Assembly (NCBI GenBank): GCA_008369845.1
Contig: MRSU01010201.1
Coordinates: 1 to 33,567 of the forward strand
DNA from: Trichomonas gallinae
Taxonomy: Eukaryota
DNA length: 33,567 bases
Direction of reading: 5' to 3'
The notes below the pieces were generated by a model. That model did no database searches. It saw only the letters and a list, made by a program, of their open reading frames with translations, and was not told the DNA's origin. Shown here piece after piece: positions 1 to 10,292 of the stretch (positions are counted from its first letter, which is position 1; every line of letters begins with the position of its first letter). The translations under genes and the position numbers were made by a program.

Positions 1-177
1 TCAATGAATCCAGTCAACATCAAGGCTAACGCAGACATGAACTTCACACTTACTGACGAGCACATGAAGAAGCTCGAAGAACTCGACTGCTACTACAGCT
101 TCTACCAGTATGCGGACTTCTTTGGTGTTGATATTCTTGGTCTTGGTTACAACATCTGGGGTCAGGAGCAAGAGTAA
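1..177 (+). CDS. 3' end of an aldo-keto reductase family gene (truncated by the window edge)
   Basis: Not in the ORF track. Frame +1 reads SMNPVNIKANADMNFTLTDEHMKKLEELDCYYSFYQYADFFGVDILGLGYNIWGQEQE*, resembling the AKR C-terminal pattern (K)SxxPxRIxENxxxFxLTxExMxxLxxL. Codons are strongly C/G-ending. The TAA at 175-177 is part of TAAA and is followed by AT-rich sequence. Confidence 0.75.
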   Translation, partial: SMNPVNIKANADMNFTLTDEHMKKLEELDCYYSFYQYADFFGVDILGLGYNIWGQEQE

Positions 178-696
178 AAACAAAAGTGTAATTTAGGAAT
201 AAAAATTAATATCTTTTACAAATATGTACATTTTCCAATGATATTAATCTCATTAATAGTAAATTTTTCGGATACAATATATTTTATTAATAAGAAATAT
301 ATTATTCAGATCATATTTTTAATATTAGTCTATAATATTGGTTTAAATCATGTAAATAGACATTCTACATATGACTCATGATCTTTAAATTTGAAATATC
401 AAAATCAAATTTTTTCCATTTATGAAATGATTCTAGAATATAACACACATATATATTAACAGCATTAGAATACGTGTTACATATTTATCATATCTATTTT
501 TCATTTATATCTATATATAAAGATGTTAGTTATGCAAAAATCTGTCCTAGGATTTTTCAAAGAAAATTTTCTATTTTATTTTATAAAAAACTTTATTTAC
601 TAATATAACAATCTATCATAATCTTCTAATGTTGTGATTTAAAGGATGGTTCTAATATTTTTTTTGTCCTAACTATTCCTTACAATATATTTCCTG

Positions 697-1896
697 CTAA
701 ACATTGATGAAATATTTCGAAATATTCTTATTAACATCGCCTAACAAAAACAACGCATGCTCCAAAGCCATCATGGACTGAATCAAATCGAACTTGATCT
801 CAAATGATTGATAGTGACTGTATTCTGGTTGCTGCCAGATGACCATATACAAGTTCAACGACTTCCCTTGAATGGCCATATTAGGGTCAGGCCATTCATA
901 TATACAGCTGACTACTGCAGTCTTCTCCTTCATGAAGAGGAGATTTCCTGTTATATGGCTTCCAGTTGATCCAATGACAAGCTTAACATGGGACCAGAAC
1001 AAAGCAGCCGCTTTGAACCCACCTTTGACACGATCCGTTGTCAACTCAATAGTAATGTTCGGGAATTGTGCTTTAAACGCCTGCAAAAGCTCTCCTGTGT
1101 TAACAACATGACGGCAGACGCCTTTCTTCCTATTAATAAAGATGTATTTAGTAGGAGTTACTGAATTTAAGTTAAGTTTATCTTTCAAAACTTTTGACAA
1201 ATTCACCAAAACAGTACCTATGATGTTATTTTCGAGATGCACGATGCAGTGCAATTTCTTGACTGAAATATACTGCCTTCCATAGATATTAACAAGGTTC
1301 TTCGTATTCCAGCCCATAATTTCGAAAAATTCTTTGTGGTGTTGGTGAAATTTCGTGACAATTATCGGCAATTTTTCCCTTAACTCTGTCGGAAGTAGTA
1401 AGAATGTTGGAAACACATCATGTATAGTATGCGCATAAAACCAAGCGTGATAATGACTTAAATGAATTGCTTCTTCAAATTCGAGAAATGGCTCCATGCA
1501 ATAAATATCAAAATCAATGTAAGTAATTGATCCCAAGAATGATCCATTGTATAGTAATTGGAATTCGTTACCTAATAATACATTTCTCAAAACTAAATAA
1601 TTTATATCTGTCGGAATTGGAGGATATGGGCCAATTTGTTGTAGAGAGTAAACATTTTTCGATAACCGTACTTTATCAGCTACTGGAATGTAAATTCGCT
1701 TCTTCGTTATGATACAATCGTCAATATTACTTATTGATACATCGTTTCTATAGTTAAAAAGAAGTCTAGGCTGGCAAGGTCCGGCAAAAAAGATAGAAAG
1801 AGTCAATGCCGAGACAATGAAAGTTCGAAATACGAAGTCTGTTTTAAAAGTTCGAACTAACAAAGCCGCGGACACTAAATTCTGACATTTTATCAA
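697..1896 (-). CDS. Glycosyltransferase family 61 / DUF563-like type II membrane protein (true start uncertain)
   Basis: N-terminal hydrophobic anchor (FIVSALTLSIFFAG). GT61-like motifs WFYAHTIHDVFPTF, IFINRKK..RHVVNTGELL and VIGSTGSHITGNLLFM. The track start is TTG and the nearby ATG at 1888 is out of frame. Confidence 0.65.
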   Translation of the reverse strand: MIKCQNLVSAALLVRTFKTDFVFRTFIVSALTLSIFFAGPCQPRLLFNYRNDVSISNIDDCIITKKRIYIPVADKVRLSKNVYSLQQIGPYPPIPTDINYLVLRNVLLGNEFQLLYNGSFLGSITYIDFDIYCMEPFLEFEEAIHLSHYHAWFYAHTIHDVFPTFLLLPTELREKLPIIVTKFHQHHKEFFEIMGWNTKNLVNIYGRQYISVKKLHCIVHLENNIIGTVLVNLSKVLKDKLNLNSVTPTKYIFINRKKGVCRHVVNTGELLQAFKAQFPNITIELTTDRVKGGFKAAALFWSHVKLVIGSTGSHITGNLLFMKEKTAVVSCIYEWPDPNMAIQGKSLNLYMVIWQQPEYSHYQSFEIKFDLIQSMMALEHALFLLGDVNKNISKYFINV

Positions 1897-2367
1897 AATT
1901 TTTTGACTTTACAATGCATTCAAATTTCAAAGCGATTTAAAATTAGATTAATCAGAAGCCTGATAATTATGGTTTTCACGCATTTTATCTAGCTGCTGTA
2001 GCGCCCGTAAACGATTAATTCACATTCAAACTATATAAGTCAAAAAAAAAAAAAAAATTCATTACTTTAATTCAATTGGGAGAGCTAAAATATGTGAAAA
2101 CTTTGAGTTAAATACACTACTCAAGAAGTCACACCTATTGATCACGAAATTTAAAAAATCTCGAAATATTACAGATACTCTAAAAATTAGATCTCTATTA
2201 CAATAAAAAAATATTAGATCTGCTAAAATTCATTGATCTCATTGAAACTATTTGGTTGTTTAGCGAGCGAAAAATTATATAATAAATTTATCCTATACTA
2301 TTAATATTATAAAACTAAAGAATAATATTTTATTTCTATATATATACAAAATAAAAAAGAAAGTAAG

Positions 2368-5300
2368 TTAGAAATTAAGAACGTGCAATTTGTTAGGGTT
2401 CTTCACGCAAACAATTGCACGGCGACCTTTTCCAGCAGATTGAACAAGCTCCGGTGCAACAACTACATCATTGAATGTCTTCACGGTTTGTAGTGTCGAT
2501 ACATCAATCACACTCACGTGCTTAGAAGCAGTGGTGACACCAAGGAAGCAGCCCTCATTCGTTTTGATCTCGATGAGTCTGACAACTCTTGAAGTTTCTG
2601 TGACTTGGCCAAGTTTTCGGCCAGTCAAGTCATAGAAGAGGACACGCGATGAAAGGAAAGGCTCTGAACATGAAACAGCAATCAAACCTGATTCCAACAG
2701 GCAAATCTTGTGCTCAGAAGCTGGGGTGCATTCGACCTTAAACGCGTGGATGTATTTTAATGTGACTAAGTGCGAAACGAAAACATTGTGGCCAGAGTCA
2801 ACACTGACAATGAGTCCTATTGGAACAGATCCGGAAACAGACATGACAGGAAACTCGTGGGCAGGAATTGAACCAAGATTTGTAAAGTTCTTTAGATTGA
2901 AAACAGTCAAGGTGCAATCTGCGCCACCGGTCACCAAAAACTCATCGTCGACATTAGCTGCGCATTGAATGACGCTGCCTCTGTGTGCGAGAGTGATGTT
3001 CTTGTTGAATTCGTTGTCGTAGTAGTAAACAGAGGCAAATGACGTTCCTTGTATCACGGAAATGAAAATTCCTGGTGAAGGAAGAATGTCCGTAAAAACA
3101 TATTTGTTGACAGGCGGGACACTGAAGTTGTAAACACTGCCTGAAGCAACGTGAATGATTGCGTTGTGTGTCATGATGTGGCCATGTGAGACGCATTCGA
3201 TCTTGTTTTCGATGACAATGTCTGATATTTGCACCGGATTCATTGGAATTGGAGCTTTTCTTGCTGGATGCTGCTCTTTGAAGAGTTGATCAGGACAAAC
3301 ACCAAAGTTTGCGCAGTGATTCCTCGCCAAAGAAAGCATGCTTTGGTCTTCAATTGTAGCAACGATTTCTGGATAAGTGAAAGCGTGGAAAACATTATTG
3401 TGTTCGATACTCTTCCTGTGGACACCAAAACTTAAATCGATCCACTCGTTCAAATGTTGAGAGACAAATTCGCTCTCTAATGCTCTCGCGTGCAGCTGGA
3501 CGAACTCCCAGGCTGATGATGCCCATTCAGGAAGAATGACGTCGTTGACACGATTTCCATCCATTAATGTTCCCAAGTCGAAATTGTTTTCGTTAACTAA
3601 AAAGTGATGAGAACAGAAGAATTCTGGCGTCAATTCACGGAAATCATTCATTTGGCCAGTGATTGAAGCCCATGCCGCTGGAATAGAATAGAACAATCTG
3701 TCTGCATGATCATACCTTCCTCCTTGTAGTTTGATGTGCAAACTAGAGAAAGGCTCTTCTCTGATCAAGTAACCAATGACACTCGCTGGATTGGAGAAGT
3801 GAGACCTGTACAAACAAGTTTGCAGGGGATCGTTTATGTCTCTGTATAACTCCATCAATCTCTCGAGTCTTTCATCGTTCATGGCTCCGACAGGAACAGA
3901 CAAGTCTCTGTAATTTTTAGGATCCATGATGTCTGTGTCTTTTGGCCCGCAGTAGCAGTTCAATATCCATGGGAAGACTGGATATTGCGAGATGTCATTT
4001 AATGATCTTCCTGACAAAATGTTTAAGCGCGCTAGGTAAGTGAAGTTCGATATCATCCTTTCCTGCCATTCATCTACTAAGTGAGTCCTCTGGATCAATT
4101 CCTGAGGAGTCATGTTTCCTTGGACGATGCCGCCGCAAACGTTTCTCAGCGACTGGAAAAAAGTAAATGAAAAAGTACTACTGCTGGAAACTTTGTGCAA
4201 AGGAAGTCGCTTTGATTTCCTCATTATAGACTTATCGAAGCATTTCTGTAAAGAAGCAGTGAAACCTGCTCTTCGTGATTCAGTCGCAAATATGAGGAAA
4301 TATGAGCGATTCTTTGACGTGAATATTTCGCACGCGTTATTGACGTGCATGTGTTTCCTATTGAAAACAAATTCTATGTCTTTGAAGTTGATTTCGATGT
4401 ATTTATGTCTTCCTGATGTATTTGGCTCGCCGAAGATATCCATCTTAATGATGCCATCAAAAACAAGGTTGTTCTTGTTGATGAAAACTTTTCCTTCGAA
4501 TCTGTTGACAGTTTTAAGCAAAGTTGCAACGAAAGAATACTTAGCTTTCGTCATTGATTCTATCCTCGTGACTTCTGTGAATGAAAAGTTTTCTGACAGA
4601 ATTCTTTTCAGCGGAATCTCTTCTTGCTCTTTTTCAGGAGCCGGCTGAGAATCTCTGAGTTGTGATGCTTGCCTGTGTGAATCGAAATTCCTGTTTGGCG
4701 TCATGAACAGATTTCTGCCTTTCTGGTCAACCATTGGCAAAAACTTCCAGTGAACTTCTTTGAGTCCACTGGATAAAGGTCCACCGTTTGATGTTGCTTC
4801 ATTCACGAAAGATTGAACAAGTTTGCAAGCGTGATGTTCGACTAAAAGTCGCTTCTTCTGGTGAGCGTTGATATAACTGTTAAATCCATCGTGGTTAAGT
4901 AACTGCTTCATTTTTTCTGGAGTGTATTTGAATGTCGAAAATTCTTCGGCAAATTTTGTTCTGATTTGGTAGAACATTGGCTTGTAGTCAATCAAGAACT
5001 GTGTTGCTTGTTTGCTGATATAGTTCTTCATGAATTCGAATCTATCGTAAGCATTAGGTGGTTCATCATAAGCAGTTTTGAGTGCTTCGATGATTTCTGG
5101 GAAATTCCTGTATTTTGCGCCTACGTATACATATGAAATAGCATTCGAAAGTGTTTCTGGTGTTGAAATTCCTTTCCTGCTGTTAAAAGATGCAATGAAT
5201 ATGTTAACTCTGTCCTTCAAATCTTCGTAATCTTCAGCCATAAACATCAGTCTTGCCAAAACTAAGCCGTAAAACTCTATGATAGGAAGCTTGAATATTG

Positions 5301-8300
5301 ATGTCAAATTAACTTCTTCGATATTTCTGTCAGCTGCTATTTTAGAAGCAACATTGACGACATTTATACCTAACTGGACCTTGCCTTTGACTGTTTTGGC
5401 TTCTTGATATTGAAAAACGAAGTCTTGGTTGATGGATTCATCACTTTTTGAACTGAAATCAGACAAAATTACATCAAGTTCTTCTTTTGTCAAATTCCTG
5501 ACTGGTGAAAGTTCTGTTGGGAATTCTGGGTTGAAGAAGTATGCAGAGCACAACTGTCTTGTAATATAATTCAAGTTCTCTTCATTTGGATTTGAATTCA
5601 TTATTTCTTTTGCGAAATTTTCAACAGTTCCTACAAAAGTTGGAACAAAATTGACTCTTGTATAGGTACATAGGGCAACTAATATCGTTGACATATATTT
5701 AAGCTTAATGAAAGTGTTGCATGTGTTTCCTATTAATTTCGATATCAAGCCAATGTTTGATTCATTGATTTCATAGCAATGATTCAAAAACAAGAACAGA
5801 TAAACGAAGAAAATCGGATCATCGCATGTGAAACCGTTTAACAGCAATTTTTCTGCTTCTTTCTTTTGATCTGATGTTTTTGTTGGATCCATTTTCAGGA
5901 TTGCGTAGAAGAAGAAAATGATGAATTCTGGAAAAACAACAGGAATACTATTGCTGACGATTGTGTCTTTCGAGTCTTGTGCATAGAACAGCAGCATCTG
6001 AATGAAGCTCTTTTGATCTGGTGCATCAGGATTCCAGTTTCCTATTGCTTTGTGAATCGCGTTTAAAAGATTTGGATCATTTGTGCCGTGATTCGATCTA
6101 TAAGCAGAAGCAATCAGATAAATGCATAATAAAGCATGGTTCTGAATATCTCTCGAGTCAGATGACAACAATGGAACAAACGCATCATAATTTGACAAGA
6201 TTTGTAAAGCGTCAAGAATTTCTTGATTTTTGTCGCGAATAAAGCGTTCGAAAACTGTAAATGCTTGAAGTTGGATTGACTGAACTTTGTGGAAAGCAAT
6301 GATCATATAGATGATTAAGAATGATGATGTGGCTGGTTTCTTCTTGAATAATTCTACGAAGAAATTCCACTGCAATGTTTTTAGTTTGTTCCTTTGCTCT
6401 ACTTCTAGAGAAGTATTCGTTGGAAAAGACTTGAAGAAGTTGTCGATGAATGAGTTAGTGAAGTTTGCAATTTCCATGTTCTCTTCTTCAGTGCTTTCTT
6501 GGATCAACAAAGGTGTCTGTGCTTGGAACAAAAGGAAATCATATGAATCGAATTCGAATGAGTTTGTTGTATCACTTTTATAAGCAGTCATCAAACATTG
6601 CTGATAGAAGACTTCCTGGAATTCATATGATTTCTCAGACCAAAGCGAGAAGTTGAGCCACATGAATTCTACCATTTGCTTCCTTAAAGAATCGAGTGTC
6701 AAATTTTTGTACATTTCAACTAACTCTGTTGCAACAGGGGGTGTGAAATATTGCGGCTTAATTTTTGCCAAAAATCCTGACAATAGCCTAAATCCACCAA
6801 TAGATTCGAAGTGCTGTTGAATGTCTGTAGAAATGACAAGCAGAAGTCTCAATATAACTAAAAGAGAAGCAAGCAGCATATCTTCATCATTGCCGATAAA
6901 TTCTCTATTTACGACTTGGAATAATGGAAGGAAACCAATGAATACTCCGTCCATTTCAATTACATCAATAATCGTTGTGCAAAAAGTAACAGCTGTACCG
7001 ATTAATATTGGTGTTTGATCTGAGAAAGGTGAAGCATTCAAGATTTTTCCTTGTTGTGCCAAGCAAGGATGCAATGAAACAATTGTGTTTTTGAGTTGTC
7101 CATAACTATTCCTGCTCTTCGCGAATTCCTTCATCACGAGATTGACATCATCTGTCGAGAAAATATAAGTTGGGCCGATATCAACTGCTAAGTGTAATTT
7201 GTCGTTGCAGCCCATTTGAACTAGAATACTACTGTCGAAATTGAGTTTTGTGAATTGTAAAGCTTGTATTTTCGTTTCGTTGATGTAAAGTGTGAAGTTT
7301 CCGTCGCAATACGAGAGAATAATGTAGTACCACTGCTGCTTCCTGAAATTATACTTAAAGCAGTTCGTCATTTTGAGATTTGAGTTCTTCGCGATTGATA
7401 TTTTTAGCTCTGATTTTTCCGAGAAAGATATCGAAAGACTTCCTGACGAATCTATCATTGTAATTAAAGGAGCGTTTTCTGTGGAGTTCCTGTCCAGTCT
7501 AATTGTCGTTGCGAGGCACCAAGGATTGTTCAAAGCTGACGAAGGCAGATTTGGTCCAATGATACAATCAGTTACACCATTCAAATGGAAGAAAGATGAA
7601 ACAGGAGAATTGTTGCCTTCAATTATCATCGAAATTATAGCGTTGAGGACTTCTTGGTGCTTCCTTGTTCGCGTTTCTTCGTCTTGGTACAATGATCTGA
7701 ACGTTTCATTCATTATAAGTTGCGAATAGAAAAGCGAAGAAATTGTTGTATATAAATTCAAGGCGTGCATAATGAGTTTATCGCAGTTGCATCTGTCTAG
7801 TGTATACCTGATGACGTCAGCGTGGAAACACTCGAAGCAGTTCGAAGAAGAATTCTTGCAGAGTTCGATTATTGCTAAAATTAATGATTCTTCGTGTTCT
7901 GAGCCTTTGACAACATTAATAAGGATTCTAATTGCTTCTCTGTTCTGTATAGTCAAATTAGAGCAGTTGTCCATTGTGCATTTAGTGTTTAAAGCTAATG
8001 AAAGTAACGAATTAAGAATTTCTTCAGATAAACCAGTTTTGTTGATGGATTTAGCAAGATTCGAGTAGATTGTAGTGAACTTCGAGTTGATAATTTCGAT
8101 ATATTGCGGATATTTTATCGTGAATGTTGTTAATGCATTATTATACGTCAAAAAGTCGGCAGGATCTGTAGATGCGGCAATATATTTCGATGAGAGATCG
8201 AAGAAAGAGTTTTCTTCAAAGCTTGGCAAAAATGATAATGGAAAAGTCTCAATAGAGTCAGTAAACAGTTCCATTATAGATCTGGCAGTATGCCTAAGGT

Positions 8301-10182
8301 ACTCATTCTCTATTGCACCAATAAAAATAGCGGATATTTGAGTAATAGAAGAAATAATTATTGGAACTGCACGAGAATAAGGAATTGTCTTAGAGAGTTC
8401 AAAGCCGCTCTTGAAGACTGGAACAAGGATATCCTCATATTTTGGCACCGTAAGCAAGTCTGTTAAAATCGGAATCAAAACAATCGAATTAAAAACGCTT
8501 TCAGCGTTCATGCTTGTAATAAGCTGACAGAAAGCTACGAACTCGTCGATTTGGTGCGCGAATTCATTGTTTTTGATGTAAGGACAAATACTTTCGATTA
8601 ATCCGCTACCTAAGAACTGATTTATGAACTGAATCTCTCTATCAATAACGACTAGTGACCTAAGAGTTGGCATAATGAATGTTAAAGATGAGAAATGGAA
8701 AGGTGGAAGTAAACTTTTTGCGAATAACTTCAAAACAACTTTTCTGTGCGAAACATTGACTGTTGACAGGTGCAGACAGAAATTCAAGATGACAATCTGG
8801 AATTTGAGTTGGTCTCCTTCAATTACATCGAATTTGTGCGGGAAATAATTTGATAATATTAAATTTCCTAGGAAAACCTCCAAACAATTTGAGCTGGGAG
8901 ACTGGGAAATGTTCAATAATACCGATACTAGAATGATCATAGCCGGAATGTAAGATTTTTCCGCATAAGTCGGGAGATTTTCAAAACCATGAAGGCATTC
9001 GTTGTCAACGGCGAGCAAAGCTTCAAGAGTAGCACTTACATGTTGCAGAATTTCCGTCGCGATTTCATCCTTGAACTTTTTAATAATAAAAGATGTAAAT
9101 AATAAATGTGTTGAGAAATATTGGTCGGGAGTCTGATAGACCAAAGGCTCTGGCATCGTATAAATCGGATAAATGTCTGTTAATTCGTTTTGTAGTGAAA
9201 AATTTTGCAACGCCCATCTCAAAAAACAGGAAATGGACCTTGTAATGAAGTTACAGTCTTTCATTCCGCTTTTCTCGATGATTCGTGGTATTAAATCTAT
9301 GCAATTTAGGCAAAATCGAATATCCATTGGATTTGGTGATTCATATTCTGAGCAATAACGCGAGATAAAACACGAAATAAAGACGAGAAGCTTGTAAGAA
9401 AACATGACAGTTAGTTTCGAAAGGTAAGAAGTCGAAGTTTTGATAAATATACTCGCAACATCGATAATTGGATCGGAATGGAGAATTTCATTATTACAGT
9501 TGACCCACTGGTTGAAAATATCGAGCGTATATTCGAAAAAGTACCAGTTATTCTGCTCAGATTGCGAATGCAAATTTGGAACTATAACTTCGAGCATTCT
9601 TCTCAAAAACATGTAGATTTTATGGTCTTTAGGAAGCGTGTATATCTGTTTGAACTTCTTAAAACATGCCTGAATCGGAGATAAAAGCGCAATACATTCG
9701 ATGAATTGATCTGGTTGTAAATAAAACAAGTATTCGAAGATATATGGGATTGTTTCCCAGTATTGCTCTTGAAATATCGGGTATTTAGCTCCTTGCAGTT
9801 CACAATCGATTGTATCCTGCAGAATATACGAAAACGCAATTAATCCTCTAATGATGTAAGGAGGAATCTCTTTTCGATTATGAATTTTCATGTTAGCCAT
9901 AGAAACATACATTTGCGCAAGTAGACAAGAATTTAATATTGGATATTCATGAAGATGAAACAAAGCTCCTAGTTTATGCGTAATCTCATCCTTCGAGAGA
10001 CAGTTATTTAGTTCTTTTCGAGCGGTTGATGCTGAAACAGGAGAATATTTCATCCTTTCCATGCAGAAATCCAACTCTGTCTTGTGAGCAAGCCTGCTTT
10101 CCTTGACTTGGCTCTCCATGGTAAAGTATTTTATCCATAGGAAGTGATATGGTTCTGCAAGTTTAGAACCATCATCAGACAT
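2368..10182 (-). CDS. Beige/BEACH domain protein (ConA-like, PH-BEACH, BEACH, WD40), 2604 aa
   Basis: BEACH motifs WQERMISNFTYLARLNILSGRSLNDISQYPVFPWIL, SHFSNP, LQGGRYDHADRLF, RELTPEFF, LPEWA, ALESEFVSQHLNEWIDLSFG (~3280-4100). Also a PH-like domain (~4230-4540), WD40 repeats (LVTGGADCTLTVFNL) and a ConA/LamG-like segment (QQWYYIILSY...LYINE, ~7150-7600). Confidence 0.95.
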   Translation of the reverse strand: MSDDGSKLAEPYHFLWIKYFTMESQVKESRLAHKTELDFCMERMKYSPVSASTARKELNNCLSKDEITHKLGALFHLHEYPILNSCLLAQMYVSMANMKIHNRKEIPPYIIRGLIAFSYILQDTIDCELQGAKYPIFQEQYWETIPYIFEYLFYLQPDQFIECIALLSPIQACFKKFKQIYTLPKDHKIYMFLRRMLEVIVPNLHSQSEQNNWYFFEYTLDIFNQWVNCNNEILHSDPIIDVASIFIKTSTSYLSKLTVMFSYKLLVFISCFISRYCSEYESPNPMDIRFCLNCIDLIPRIIEKSGMKDCNFITRSISCFLRWALQNFSLQNELTDIYPIYTMPEPLVYQTPDQYFSTHLLFTSFIIKKFKDEIATEILQHVSATLEALLAVDNECLHGFENLPTYAEKSYIPAMIILVSVLLNISQSPSSNCLEVFLGNLILSNYFPHKFDVIEGDQLKFQIVILNFCLHLSTVNVSHRKVVLKLFAKSLLPPFHFSSLTFIMPTLRSLVVIDREIQFINQFLGSGLIESICPYIKNNEFAHQIDEFVAFCQLITSMNAESVFNSIVLIPILTDLLTVPKYEDILVPVFKSGFELSKTIPYSRAVPIIISSITQISAIFIGAIENEYLRHTARSIMELFTDSIETFPLSFLPSFEENSFFDLSSKYIAASTDPADFLTYNNALTTFTIKYPQYIEIINSKFTTIYSNLAKSINKTGLSEEILNSLLSLALNTKCTMDNCSNLTIQNREAIRILINVVKGSEHEESLILAIIELCKNSSSNCFECFHADVIRYTLDRCNCDKLIMHALNLYTTISSLFYSQLIMNETFRSLYQDEETRTRKHQEVLNAIISMIIEGNNSPVSSFFHLNGVTDCIIGPNLPSSALNNPWCLATTIRLDRNSTENAPLITMIDSSGSLSISFSEKSELKISIAKNSNLKMTNCFKYNFRKQQWYYIILSYCDGNFTLYINETKIQALQFTKLNFDSSILVQMGCNDKLHLAVDIGPTYIFSTDDVNLVMKEFAKSRNSYGQLKNTIVSLHPCLAQQGKILNASPFSDQTPILIGTAVTFCTTIIDVIEMDGVFIGFLPLFQVVNREFIGNDEDMLLASLLVILRLLLVISTDIQQHFESIGGFRLLSGFLAKIKPQYFTPPVATELVEMYKNLTLDSLRKQMVEFMWLNFSLWSEKSYEFQEVFYQQCLMTAYKSDTTNSFEFDSYDFLLFQAQTPLLIQESTEEENMEIANFTNSFIDNFFKSFPTNTSLEVEQRNKLKTLQWNFFVELFKKKPATSSFLIIYMIIAFHKVQSIQLQAFTVFERFIRDKNQEILDALQILSNYDAFVPLLSSDSRDIQNHALLCIYLIASAYRSNHGTNDPNLLNAIHKAIGNWNPDAPDQKSFIQMLLFYAQDSKDTIVSNSIPVVFPEFIIFFFYAILKMDPTKTSDQKKEAEKLLLNGFTCDDPIFFVYLFLFLNHCYEINESNIGLISKLIGNTCNTFIKLKYMSTILVALCTYTRVNFVPTFVGTVENFAKEIMNSNPNEENLNYITRQLCSAYFFNPEFPTELSPVRNLTKEELDVILSDFSSKSDESINQDFVFQYQEAKTVKGKVQLGINVVNVASKIAADRNIEEVNLTSIFKLPIIEFYGLVLARLMFMAEDYEDLKDRVNIFIASFNSRKGISTPETLSNAISYVYVGAKYRNFPEIIEALKTAYDEPPNAYDRFEFMKNYISKQATQFLIDYKPMFYQIRTKFAEEFSTFKYTPEKMKQLLNHDGFNSYINAHQKKRLLVEHHACKLVQSFVNEATSNGGPLSSGLKEVHWKFLPMVDQKGRNLFMTPNRNFDSHRQASQLRDSQPAPEKEQEEIPLKRILSENFSFTEVTRIESMTKAKYSFVATLLKTVNRFEGKVFINKNNLVFDGIIKMDIFGEPNTSGRHKYIEINFKDIEFVFNRKHMHVNNACEIFTSKNRSYFLIFATESRRAGFTASLQKCFDKSIMRKSKRLPLHKVSSSSTFSFTFFQSLRNVCGGIVQGNMTPQELIQRTHLVDEWQERMISNFTYLARLNILSGRSLNDISQYPVFPWILNCYCGPKDTDIMDPKNYRDLSVPVGAMNDERLERLMELYRDINDPLQTCLYRSHFSNPASVIGYLIREEPFSSLHIKLQGGRYDHADRLFYSIPAAWASITGQMNDFRELTPEFFCSHHFLVNENNFDLGTLMDGNRVNDVILPEWASSAWEFVQLHARALESEFVSQHLNEWIDLSFGVHRKSIEHNNVFHAFTYPEIVATIEDQSMLSLARNHCANFGVCPDQLFKEQHPARKAPIPMNPVQISDIVIENKIECVSHGHIMTHNAIIHVASGSVYNFSVPPVNKYVFTDILPSPGIFISVIQGTSFASVYYYDNEFNKNITLAHRGSVIQCAANVDDEFLVTGGADCTLTVFNLKNFTNLGSIPAHEFPVMSVSGSVPIGLIVSVDSGHNVFVSHLVTLKYIHAFKVECTPASEHKICLLESGLIAVSCSEPFLSSRVLFYDLTGRKLGQVTETSRVVRLIEIKTNEGCFLGVTTASKHVSVIDVSTLQTVKTFNDVVVAPELVQSAGKGRRAIVCVKNPNKLHVLNF

Positions 10183-10292
10183 TTTTTTGATTCTTATGTT
10201 TATTTTTACAAAATATATTCATTAAATACACATAGAATAAGAATGCTAATTATGAATTTTTTGATTTTGCTCTCAATTTTTGTTAGAGTTAT

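Noticed and set aside
1..183. Track ORF 1..183 (-), 60 aa
   Set aside because: Antisense shadow of the + strand AKR 3' end, with a non-ATG start and no recognisable motifs.
2708..9839. Many 60-180 aa ORFs overlapping the BEACH gene
   Set aside because: Antisense or alternate-frame shadows caused by codon bias, with no independent motifs.
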